From the NCBI GenBank assembly GCA_963737905.1, contig CAVTUQ010000007.1, positions 192,001-256,000 on the forward strand: a stretch of DNA of 64,000 bases. The letters run 5' to 3'. Position numbers and translations under genes: made by a program. Shown here one piece after another: positions 31,424 to 39,040 of the stretch. Numbering within the stretch: position 1 is the stretch's first letter; each line of letters opens with the position of its first letter. This stretch comes from an uncultured delta proteobacterium. Lineage in GTDB: Bacteria > Desulfobacterota > Binatia > UBA9968. The notes beneath the pieces are model-generated. The model was not told the origin of the DNA, made no database searches, and saw only the letters and a list, made by a program, of their open reading frames with translations.

Positions 31424-31452
31424 ACGGCTTGAACGATTTGAACGTCTTGAAC
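31414..31452. repeat. Right arm: 4x 9-mer TTGAACNNN, reverse complement of the left arm
   Basis: AACGGC TTGAACGGC TTGAACGAT TTGAACGTC TTGAAC; the gene's stop TGA lies in the first unit. Confidence 0.92.
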
Positions 31453-31462
31453 ATTCAAGCAG

Positions 31463-32059
31463 ATGTTTTCTTCTACCCCAGAACTCAGACACGATATCGT
31501 CCAGCCGTCGCCCTGGAATCTCGCGGCGATCGCCGGGCGGTTCATCGAGATTTCGGCCTCGGCCAGCGCCGCTTCATTGACTCTCGCCTTTGGTCTCGTT
31601 CGGGAGGCGCAAATACGGGGCGAGCCTGCGGGCTGGGTGACATCGATGGAGAGTTTTTTTTATCCACCCGATGCGGCTTACGGCGGAATTGATCTTGCGG
31701 CACTGGCCGTTGTTCGTGTGCTTCATGCTGTAACCATCCCTCGCGCGGGAGAAAAGCTTTTACGCTCGGGCGGCTTCGGTCTGATCGTGCTCGATCTCGG
31801 AATTGCCGATATTCCTATGCCGCTCCAAAGCCGTCTGACCGGACTGGCCCAACGTTACCATACCGGCTTGGTTTGCCTTACAGAGAAGGAGAGCAAGGCA
31901 TTTTCACTGGGATCATTGGTTTCATTGCGGGCTCATGCCGAACGGCAACGAAGTTCTGACAATCGCTTTACTTGTAGGCTCCGTGTTCTCAAAGACAAGC
32001 GGCGCGGACCGGCCTGGAGTCATGAGGAGTTTTGCTGTGGTCCGGCTGGCTTGTGTTGA
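31463..32059 (+). CDS. imuA: ImuA/RecA-like mutasome accessory protein
   Basis: Degenerate RecA fold (GRFIEIS, FYPPDAA.GGIDL, LLRSGGFGLIVLDL); lies between lexA and imuB. Confidence 0.8.
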   Translation: MFSSTPELRHDIVQPSPWNLAAIAGRFIEISASASAASLTLAFGLVREAQIRGEPAGWVTSMESFFYPPDAAYGGIDLAALAVVRVLHAVTIPRAGEKLLRSGGFGLIVLDLGIADIPMPLQSRLTGLAQRYHTGLVCLTEKESKAFSLGSLVSLRAHAERQRSSDNRFTCRLRVLKDKRRGPAWSHEEFCCGPAGLC

Positions 32060-33568
32060 TTTACCCGCCTTTCCGCTTCAGCTTCTGCTCCGGCGCCATC
32101 CCGAGTGGGCGTCTCAACCGGCGGCCGTGGTGGCCGAAGACAAGCCGCAAGGATTGATTCTCTGGGTCAACGAAAAGGCCAGGCAACATGGTGTGCTGCC
32201 CGGGCTGCGCTACGCTGCGGCCTTGTCTCTCGCGACGGAACTTCGTGCCGGTGCAGTTGCGTCGACTGAAATCCAAAAGGGCCATCAAAGAGCTAACCTA
32301 TCGGTTCATGTATTTCAGCCCAGAAGTGGAGCCTTCCTCTGAAGAGCCTGGAGTCTTCTGGCTCAATGGTATGGGTTTGAAGCTTCTTTATCCCTCTTCC
32401 GAGAAATGGGCTCAAGCGCTTCATGCCGATATCGCAGCGCAGAAATTTCATGTGAGTGTAGTCGCAGGCTTCACGCGCTTCGGTACTTATGCGGTCGCCA
32501 AAATAAAAAAGGGGATAACGGTTTTCAACGATCCTGCCGAAGAGCGGCAGGCTGCGCAACGAAGTTCCATTGCATCGTTTGGATCTCGATCCGGATTTTC
32601 GCGACACGCTTTTTAAGCTCGGCATCAGAACTGTCGGCGCCTTGCTTTCACTGCCGCCGGTGGGGTTGCGCGAGCGTTTCGGACCGAAGGCTTATCGTCT
32701 CCACCGCATGGCTGCCGGCGATCTCTGGACGCCGCTGGATCCATGCAAGCCCGAAGAGCCGGTCAAGCAACACCGCATACTCGACGATCCGGAAGACGAC
32801 ACCACCCGGCTGCTCTTCCTCATCAAGCAGTTGCTCCACCCGATGCTGGCAACTCTTGCCGCGCGCGCTCAGGCGCTGGCGGCGTTGTGGCTATCTTTTC
32901 TGATCGATAGAAACGGCTGGCTGAAGGAGCAGATCCGTCCAGCGGTGCCCACCTTGGATTCAAACCAGATACTCGATCTGGTTTGGCTGCGCCTGGAGGC
33001 CATGCAGTTTTCTGCCGGCATCACTGAGATCGCGCTTGAGGCAGAAGCATGCGCGGCCACAACCGAACAACTGCGCCTTTTCAGCGAGGGGCCGGCGCGC
33101 GATCTCGATGCCGCCAATCGAGCTCTGGCTCGCTTGCGTGCGGAATTTGGCGACGGTGCTGTTGTGCAGGCGAAGTTAAGAGATGGACACCTTCCCGAAG
33201 CCCGCTTCGCCTGGGAACCTCTCAATCGCGTCAAGCTTCCCCGAAACGACTTGACCGATTTGAACGAATTGAACGACTTGAACGATTTGAACGGGCCAGT
33301 TCCGAGACCGTTGGTGCGCCGGATCATGGCGAAGCCCATGCCTTTGCCCGGCGGGCCGCGCCATACCCATGAGGACGGCTGGCTTATCCTCGGACATAAA
33401 TATGGCAGCGTCGATAAGCTCTCCGGGCCCTACGTTTTCTCCGGCGGCTGGTGGAACAGAGAAATCCAGCGCGACTACTACTTCGCCGAAACCCGCCGCG
33501 GCGCCATCGCCTGGGTTTATTACGATCGGGTGCGGCGAAGATGGTTTTTGCAGGGATTAATTGAATAA
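32037..33568 (+). CDS. imuB: ImuB, inactive Y-family polymerase; two frameshifts at about 32280 and 32560
   Basis: RLACVDLPAFPLQ, FSPEVEP, LGIRTVGALL.LP..GLRERFG and C-terminal GPYVFSGGWW..RDYYFAE..WFLQG; RBS GAGGAG at 32024. Confidence 0.85.
33245..33294. repeat. In-frame 9-mer TTGAACGAN array inside imuB, encoding NDLTDLNELNDLNDLNG
   Basis: TTGA(A/C)C at 33251, 33260, 33269, 33278 and 33287. Confidence 0.9.
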
Positions 33569-33571
33569 CGC

Positions 33572-33604
33572 GGTTCAAAGGTTCAACGTTCAAAAAGTTC
33601 AAGC
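33572..33604. repeat. Left arm of the second element, 4x GTTCAA
   Basis: GTTCAA at 33573, 33581, 33588 and 33597. Confidence 0.85.
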
Positions 33605-33640
33605 CCAGATGAAGATTAAACAGATCGTAGGAGGGCAGCA

Positions 33641-34040
33641 ATGGCTGGTGAAAAACTTTGAAGATCTGGAAATGTATGGAAGCAAGCCCGGCAACTAACT
33701 CAAGAAATTTATCGTTTAACGAAAACGAAAAATTTCAAAGGATTTCGCTCTGCGGGATCAAATCCGACGGGCAACAATCTCAATCATGTCAAATATCGCA
33801 GAAGGATTTGAACGAGGAGGAAACCAAGAATTCATTCAGTTTCTTTATGTCGCGAAGGCATCGTGCGGGGAAGTAAGATCGCAACTTTACGTCACCCTTG
33901 ATCAGGAATATGCGACAGCGAATGAAAGCGAAAAGTGACTCCAACTTTTCAGGCGTTTATCTATCATGATCAGCAATCTGATTGCTTATTTGCGGGAGAG
34001 TGAGATGAAAGGCGAAAAATTCATCGTTCAAAGCCGGCCT
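33641..34040 (+). pseudogene. Second four-helix-bundle gene, disrupted
   Basis: Close nucleotide paralog of 30986-31423 (..[51 protein letters not shown]..); several 5' frameshifts and an in-frame TGA near 33937. Confidence 0.85.
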
Positions 34041-34044
34041 TACG

Positions 34045-34067
34045 TTGAACTGTTGAACCATTTGAAC
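34045..34067. repeat. Right arm of the second element, 3x TTGAAC
   Basis: TTGAAC at 34045, 34053 and 34062. Confidence 0.75.
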
Positions 34068-34085
34068 AACTATCTAAGGAGTAAC

Positions 34086-34367
34086 ATGATAGTCCATCCT
34101 GGCAGAATCCTACTGGAGGAATATTTAGCTCCGAGAGGAATCAGCGTCTGGCATCTGGCCAAAGACATCGGTGTTTCTGCGCGGCGCGTCTACGAGATCG
34201 TCCAGGCACAACGACCTATCACCACCGACATCGCCCACCGCCTCGCGCATTACTTCGGCATGTCGGAGCGGTACTGGCTCGATTTGCAGACGCGATATGA
34301 CGGGAAGGGAGAAGCAAAGTTGTCGCAAGAGATTAGCAGAAGACAATCGTTAAGGTACGCCGGATAA
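34086..34367 (+). CDS. higA: HigA/VapI family antitoxin (XRE HTH), orphan
   Basis: [46 protein letters not shown]; RBS AAGGAG. Confidence 0.85.
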   Translation: MIVHPGRILLEEYLAPRGISVWHLAKDIGVSARRVYEIVQAQRPITTDIAHRLAHYFGMSERYWLDLQTRYDGKGEAKLSQEISRRQSLRYAG

Positions 34368-34383
34368 ACAAGGGAGGATCGTT

Positions 34384-35478
34384 ATGATAGACAGTGTTAA
34401 CACACCGAGGCCGACGACCCGTACGCTCGCGGTGATCGACGGCGGATTGAATGTCAACGCTCGCGTTCACCCGCTTCCATCCAGCGGGAAGCCGAAGCTC
34501 CTGGAGCAAGTCCGCCAGGCCATCCGAACCCGGCACTACAGCAACAAAACTGAGAAAGCCTATGTGCATTGGATCAAGCGATACATATTTTTCCACGATA
34601 AACGCCATCCACTGGAAATGGCGGAGTCCGAGATCGCCCAGTTTCTCTCCGGTCTGGCGACGGAGAGACGGGTCAGCGCATCCACGCAGAACCAGGCCTT
34701 TAACGCAATTTTATTTCTCTATAATGAAGTGCTGAGCAAAAAGATCGGACTGATTGACGGCGTTGTTCGCGCGAAGAGGCCGCTGAGGTTGCCGTTCGTG
34801 CTCACGAAAGAGGAAGTTAAGAAAGTGATCGATCGGATGAACGGTGTGCCACGTCTGATGGCGATTCTTCTCTACGGTGGTGGTTTGCGACTGATGGAAT
34901 GCTGTCGTCTCCGGGTCAAAGATATCGACTTTTCTCGCAACGAGATCGTCGTTCGGGCGGGCAAAGGTGACAAAGACCGTCACACAATGCTGCCGACAGC
35001 GATCAAGGAGTCTCTTTTCAGACATATTGAGGCGATTCGATGCCAGCATCAAGAAGATATCAAAAAGAGACTCGGTCGCGTCGCGTTGCCGAATGCTTTG
35101 GAGCGCAAATATCCTAACGCGGGTCGAGAATGGGCGTGGCAGTGGGTTTTCCCTGCTCCCCAACATTACACCGATCGGGTTACTGGCGAGAAGCGCCGGC
35201 ATCATCTTCACGAATTTGTGGTGCAGAGGGCGGTGAAAGAGGCTGTACAGAAAGCTGGGATATCCAAACCGGCGAGCCCGCACACGTTTCGCCATTCCTT
35301 TGCCACCCATCTACTTGAAGACGGATATGATATCCGGACGGTGCAGGAGCTATTGGGGCACAGGGATGTCAGTACTACGATGGTCTGTACCCACGTATTG
35401 AATCGAGGTGGACGAGGAGTACGTAGTCCTGCGGACAGTTTGGGTTCGGTACTCGGCGCCGAACTCAGAGGTTTCTGA
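34384..35478 (+). CDS. intI: Integron integrase IntI, catalytic Tyr replaced by Cys
   Basis: [37 protein letters not shown], integron-specific insert ([23 protein letters not shown]), [13 protein letters not shown] and TTMVCTH. Confidence 0.95.
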   Translation: MIDSVNTPRPTTRTLAVIDGGLNVNARVHPLPSSGKPKLLEQVRQAIRTRHYSNKTEKAYVHWIKRYIFFHDKRHPLEMAESEIAQFLSGLATERRVSASTQNQAFNAILFLYNEVLSKKIGLIDGVVRAKRPLRLPFVLTKEEVKKVIDRMNGVPRLMAILLYGGGLRLMECCRLRVKDIDFSRNEIVVRAGKGDKDRHTMLPTAIKESLFRHIEAIRCQHQEDIKKRLGRVALPNALERKYPNAGREWAWQWVFPAPQHYTDRVTGEKRRHHLHEFVVQRAVKEAVQKAGISKPASPHTFRHSFATHLLEDGYDIRTVQELLGHRDVSTTMVCTHVLNRGGRGVRSPADSLGSVLGAELRGF

Positions 35479-35641
35479 ATATACAGAAGCAGCTTTCAGC
35501 TTTTGTCGGATTGGGTCATCACAGACGACTTTACAAATCATCGTCGCCATTGTAAAAGCAGCCCAAGTGACAGCGACCGCGCCCCGTAATATACAGAAGC
35601 AATGAAGTTCTATACGGAACTAGATAATCTTGGTTATCCGA
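35478..35641 (+). other. attI region downstream of intI; crossover G|TTATCC at 35633/35634
   Basis: GTTATCCGA (35633-35641) is the exact reverse complement of TCGGATAAC at the first attC; a 14-bp direct repeat AATATACAGAAGCA occurs at 35478 and 35588. Confidence 0.7.
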
Positions 35642-35648
35642 ATAGACG

Positions 35649-35973
35649 ATGAAATTACCCGCTGCGGAACGTGCAGTTATTGCACCGGCCAAGATTCGGG
35701 ATTACCGTCTTTCGACATCGCATCCGGTCGGACGTTTTAAGGCTCCATTTTTCGCCAGCCTAGGTTACACAATTGCTAATTGGCCCCGCCTTGAAGAAGA
35801 TCTAGCGGTCTCGGGTGACGCGGAACTCGGAAAGCGTACTCGAGAAGTACGAAATTCGTGCTATTCTCAGAGGACCTTCAGGGAGGTCTGCGGGAGTGTT
35901 GACGGTCTGGATAATTTTGTTCGGCGGCGACGCGCCGCAATTCGTCACTGCTTTCCCGGGGGAAACGACATGA
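35649..35973 (+). pseudogene. Cassette 1 gene A: DUF6883-like putative toxin, frameshifted
   Basis: MKLPAAERAVIAPAKIRDY.LS..HPVGRFKA.FF..LGY; the C-terminus (KYEIRAILRGPSGRS..TVW..PQFVTAFPG) is in another frame. Confidence 0.65.
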
Positions 35974-36193
35974 TGTACAAACTTCTCGATACCGTTGTGC
36001 TTGACCGAGACCTACCCGAGCATGGTCTTCGCAACGGAGATCTTGGGGCTGTCGTGGAGGTGTACGCGCCGATGGCTTGGAGGTGGAGTTCGTGACCGCA
36101 TCTGGCAAAACTCAATCTCTTGTCACCCTCAACGTCAAAGACGTGCGGCCCGTGCAAGACAGTGATCTCATTGCCGTCAGGTCCGTCGCCTAA
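35970..36193 (+). pseudogene. Cassette 1 gene B: DUF4926 protein, frameshift near 36071
   Basis: YKLLDTVVLDRDLPEHGL..GDLGAVVEVY / GLEVEFVTASGKTQSLVTL. Confidence 0.75.
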
Positions 36194-36223
36194 GCCGAGT
36201 CGCATTGATCCACCCGGATGATC

Positions 36224-36308
36224 GGATAACCCGCCGCTTGAGCCGACGATCAAGGTTCGTGATGGATAAATTCATTTCTGATAGCGGCTTAGCCGCATGA
36301 CGTTAGGT
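36224..36308 (+). other. attC site 1
   Basis: R'' GGATAAC, L'' GCTTGAGCCG ... L' CGGCTTAGC, R' GTTAGGT. Confidence 0.85.
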
Positions 36309-36340
36309 TCAACGACAGGTTGGTTTGACTCGAATTCTGT

Positions 36341-36361
36341 GGTATGAAGTATCGTCATACC
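36341..36361. promoter_or_regulatory. Putative antitoxin operator palindrome
   Basis: GGTATGA-N7-TCATACC just upstream of the RHH antitoxin gene, near TTGACT at 36325. Confidence 0.55.
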
Positions 36362-36373
36362 GCGAGGTGAGTC

Positions 36374-36616
36374 ATGGCGAGATCGAAAGTTGCAATTTCT
36401 TTAGATGAATCCACCCTCAACCGTCTCGATCAACTAGTTAAAAAACAAGTCTTTCCTAACCGCAGCCAGGCGATCGAGGAAGCTGTTGCGGAGAAACTCG
36501 CACGGTTGGAGAAAAGTCGTTTAGCCGAGGAGTGTGCGAAACTGGATCCAAAATTCGAGAAGGCGCTTGCGGAAGAGGGGCTTTCTGGGGATTTGGCCGA
36601 ATGGCCCGAATACTGA
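36374..36616 (+). CDS. Cassette 2: CopG/RHH antitoxin
   Basis: [13 protein letters not shown]...[12 protein letters not shown]; overlaps the toxin start. Confidence 0.85.
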   Translation: MARSKVAISLDESTLNRLDQLVKKQVFPNRSQAIEEAVAEKLARLEKSRLAEECAKLDPKFEKALAEEGLSGDLAEWPEY

Positions 36617-36939
36617 GAGGGGAGATCCGGTGGGCCGACCTAAATCCTGTACGGGGGCGAGAACAAGCAGGACAGCGTCCCATTTTGATTTTGAGCCAGG
36701 ACGTTTTCAATGACCGCTCCGGAACGGTCATTGCCGTTGCGCTCACGAGTCAACCCCAACGTGCCGGCTTTCCTTTAACGCTTGAACTTCATGCAAGAGG
36801 GCTCCCGAAAAGATCGTGGGTGAAAATCAGCCAAATTCGAACGCTCGCCGTTGAACGCATAGACAAAGTGATTGGTCGCGCGTCTCCGGAGGAGCTGGCT
36901 CAGGTGGTCGAAGGATTGAACGAGATCATCGGAACCTAA
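36601..36939 (+). CDS. mazF: Cassette 2: MazF/PemK toxin
   Basis: [30 protein letters not shown] and [11 protein letters not shown]. Confidence 0.9.
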   Translation: MARILRGEIRWADLNPVRGREQAGQRPILILSQDVFNDRSGTVIAVALTSQPQRAGFPLTLELHARGLPKRSWVKISQIRTLAVERIDKVIGRASPEELAQVVEGLNEIIGT

Positions 36940-36986
36940 CCAACAAACGGCTTGAGCCGATTTCCGGCTCAGCCCTAGCGTTAGGG
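36934..36986 (+). other. attC site 2 (very short)
   Basis: R'' ACCTAAC (complement of the cassette start GTTAGGT), L'' GCTTGAGCCG, loop ATTTC, L' CGGCTCAGC, R' GTTAGGG. Confidence 0.85.
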
Positions 36987-37057
36987 TCAAAGGCGAGTGT
37001 TATTGGAAGGGTGATTTGAAGAGGGCTTTTTGATATATTCCACGGGCAGAGGCGTCG

Positions 37058-37276
37058 ATGACAAAGCGATTCCAAAAGGCCTTTGACGAGGCTTCGAAGC
37101 TTCCTGAAGGTGAGCAGGACGCACTGGGGCGCATCTTGCTGGATGAACTGGCGTCGGAGCGGCGCTGGGATTAGCTCTTTGGCGGATCACACGATTTACT
37201 CGCTGAACTCGCCGACGAGGCATTGGCAGAGCACCGTGCGGGGCGAACCGCGAAGCTTGATCCGGACAAATTGTGA
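37058..37276 (+). pseudogene. Cassette 3: antitoxin-like gene with a premature TAG at 37172
   Basis: MTKRFQKAFDEASKLPEGEQDALGRILLDELASERRWD*LFGGSHDLLAELADEALAEHRAGRT. Confidence 0.7.
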
Positions 37277-37553
37277 TCTCCCATACGACCGCGCAGTTCC
37301 GGAAAATGTTCGCCGAACTGCCCGTAGAGGTTCAACGTCAAGCCCGTCGAGCATATCGAGTCTTCACGCAGAATCCGAATCAACCCAGCCTTCGTTTCAA
37401 GCCGGTTCATCTTACACGGCAATTTATTCTGTTCGGATCGGTCCTGGTTATCGAGCAGTGGGAATCTTGGAAAACGACGAAATCGTCTGGTACTGGATCG
37501 GCTCGCATGCGGACTATGATAAACTTCTTTCACAATCGCGGCGTAGACCCTGA
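37273..37553 (+). pseudogene. Cassette 3: RelE/ParE-like toxin, frameshift near 37418
   Basis: TTAQFRKMFAELP.EVQ..AR.AY..F.QNP.QPSLRFK / IYSVRIGPGYRAVG..IVWYWIGSHADYDKLL. Confidence 0.75.
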
Positions 37554-37606
37554 CCCCTGGGTTGAGAAGGACGCCGAAGACGCGCCTCTCACCCGAAGCC
37601 TTAGAT
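37548..37606 (+). other. attC site 3 (degenerate R'' and R')
   Basis: CCCTGAC, GGTTGAGAAGG ... CCTCTCACC, CTTAGAT (G>C at the crossover base). Confidence 0.75.
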
Positions 37607-37622
37607 GCATTGGGATGGACTC

Positions 37623-37949
37623 ATGGCTGTAATCGCGAAATTCATCTATGAAGTAAATCCGGGTCGCATGAGTGACTTCATGGCGAAGCTCGCGCAAGCA
37701 GCCGCGCCAAAGTTCAACAGTGCGGTCATGCCCAAATCATTCCGGCTCTTTAGAAGCTCCGTGCCCGGTCCGGACACAGGCAATGTGATCATGCTTATCG
37801 AGTACGAAGACATGGCTGCCTATGATGCTCGAACCGCATTTGAGAATTCCGACCCTGAATGGAAGCGCTTATTTGCGGCCGCACCGGATTCCCCGGAACG
37901 ATTGGTCTCCGTTGAGCTGCTTACGGAGTTCTTTCCAGATGCCATCTAA
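37623..37949 (+). CDS. Cassette 4: small dimeric alpha-beta barrel (NIPSNAP/ABM-like) protein
   Basis: YEVNPGRMSDF..MLIEYEDMAAYDA...DPEW pattern; bounded by attC3 and an attC left half. Confidence 0.55.
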   Translation: MAVIAKFIYEVNPGRMSDFMAKLAQAAAPKFNSAVMPKSFRLFRSSVPGPDTGNVIMLIEYEDMAAYDARTAFENSDPEWKRLFAAAPDSPERLVSVELLTEFFPDAI

Positions 37950-37990
37950 AATCCGGCTGGTGCGGACGGACCAAAGGACGCGCTGCAGAA
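37944..37990 (+). other. attC site 4, left half only
   Basis: ATCTAAA (close to ATCTAAC, matching the cassette start TTAGAT) followed by GCTGGTGCGGAC; the right half is missing. Confidence 0.5.
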
Positions 37991-38180
37991 TTGCTTCTTA
38001 CGGGAAAACTCATCATTGCCGAGGAGGCTGTACAGTTAGGACTCATAACCAAGGTTGTTGAAACTGAGGCTCTCATTTCTCAGACAGAAAATCTCATCCA
38101 TGAGATTTTGTCACAGGCGCCCATCGCCGTGAGAATGACGTGGGAAGGCCTTCATTGCGGCATGAATGTCACTCTGGAAC
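37991..38180 (+). pseudogene. Enoyl-CoA hydratase/crotonase C-terminal fragment
   Basis: LLTGKLIIAEEAVQLGLITKVV..ILSQAPIAVR. Confidence 0.65.
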
Positions 38181-38245
38181 TAGGAGCACCGGCTGAGCGT
38201 AGCGTTAGCGAGGCGGACGGAAGTCGACAGAAGGAGGGGACACGC

Positions 38246-38866
38246 ATGGGGCATTTGATAATCAGGGTCGTCATCGTTGTGTCGACGCTGGCGCTGGCCG
38301 GTTCGGCATGGGCTCAGCAGCCCATAGCTCCCGTCGATTTCAGGCCGTTTGTCGATGGTCGCAATTGGATTGTCAGGCAGCCGCTCACCTACAAGATCGG
38401 CGTTTCGAACGACAGCCTCACAGTTCCGCCCGGCTTCGTAACCGACTTCGCCAGTATTCCACCAGCGCTTCAATCGATCATTCAGCAGAACGGCCCATAT
38501 CTCCTACCGGCGGTCGTGCACGACTATCTGTATTGGAAGCAGACGTGCACGCGGGCTCAGTCCGATCAGATTCTGCTACTCGCGATGATCGAGAACAACG
38601 TTCGGGCCGTCCACCGCATTGCTATCTACGAAGCTGTGAAGGCAGCTGGCAGTTTCGCCTGGGACGAGAACGCCAGCGACCGGGCCAAGCGCTTGATTCG
38701 GATTATTCCACCCGAGCACCATAGCATCAATGCCAATACGCTTTGGCCTGATTACCGATTACAACTGCTTCAGCAGGGAGTCGTCGAGGGACCAGACACA
38801 CAAGTGCCTCCGGGGTTCTGTGCTCGCGGCGACATGTCCGTCGGTGACGCCCTCGGGAAGCCTTAA
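38246..38866 (+). CDS. DUF1353 domain protein with signal peptide
   Basis: VPPGFVTDFASIP and PAVVHDYLY; hydrophobic N-terminus with AWA cleavage site; RBS AAGGAGG. Confidence 0.85.
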   Translation: MGHLIIRVVIVVSTLALAGSAWAQQPIAPVDFRPFVDGRNWIVRQPLTYKIGVSNDSLTVPPGFVTDFASIPPALQSIIQQNGPYLLPAVVHDYLYWKQTCTRAQSDQILLLAMIENNVRAVHRIAIYEAVKAAGSFAWDENASDRAKRLIRIIPPEHHSINANTLWPDYRLQLLQQGVVEGPDTQVPPGFCARGDMSVGDALGKP

Positions 38867-38896
38867 GTGCTACTACGGGCCGCGCTTGACGCGCGC

Positions 38897-39040
38897 GGTT
38901 AACCACCGGCTTGAGCACGCGAGCCTGGCCTAACCAATAAGGATTGAGACGACTTCAGAAGTCGTTTCAAATCGACTGTTCAAGAAGCCCGTCATTGGCG
39001 GCGGTTATTATTCAGGCTCAGCGATTTTTTCGGCTAACAG
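38897..39040 (+). other. Cluster of degenerate or nested attC remnants
   Basis: GGTTAAC-CACCG-GCTTGAGC; GCCTAAC..GATTGAGACGAC..GTCGTTTCAAATC..GTTCAAG; GGCTCAGC. Confidence 0.45.

Noticed and set aside
30934-31452. GTTC/GAAC arrays as multiple LexA boxes
   Set aside because: Periods of 7 and 9 fit neither GTTC-N7-GTTC nor GAAC-N4-GTTC; copies occur at mutL-miaA and inside a CDS; a better SOS-box candidate lies in the lexA promoter
30986-34040. Diversity-generating retroelement (Avd-like genes plus a repeated sequence)
   Set aside because: No reverse transcriptase in the window; differences between the two paralogs are not adenine-specific and are mostly at synonymous positions
30188-34070. 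GTTCAA/TTGAAC arrays as CRISPR repeats
   Set aside because: Units are 7-9 bp and directly tandem with no unique spacers, and there are no cas genes
33966-34367. 133-aa four-helix-bundle-HigA fusion
   Set aside because: The N-terminal part is the pseudogene tail plus the repeat arm; higA has its own RBS and ATG at 34086
37991-38866. 291-aa crotonase-DUF1353 fusion protein
   Set aside because: A strong RBS, ATG and signal peptide at 38246 mark the real start; the upstream part is a gene fragment
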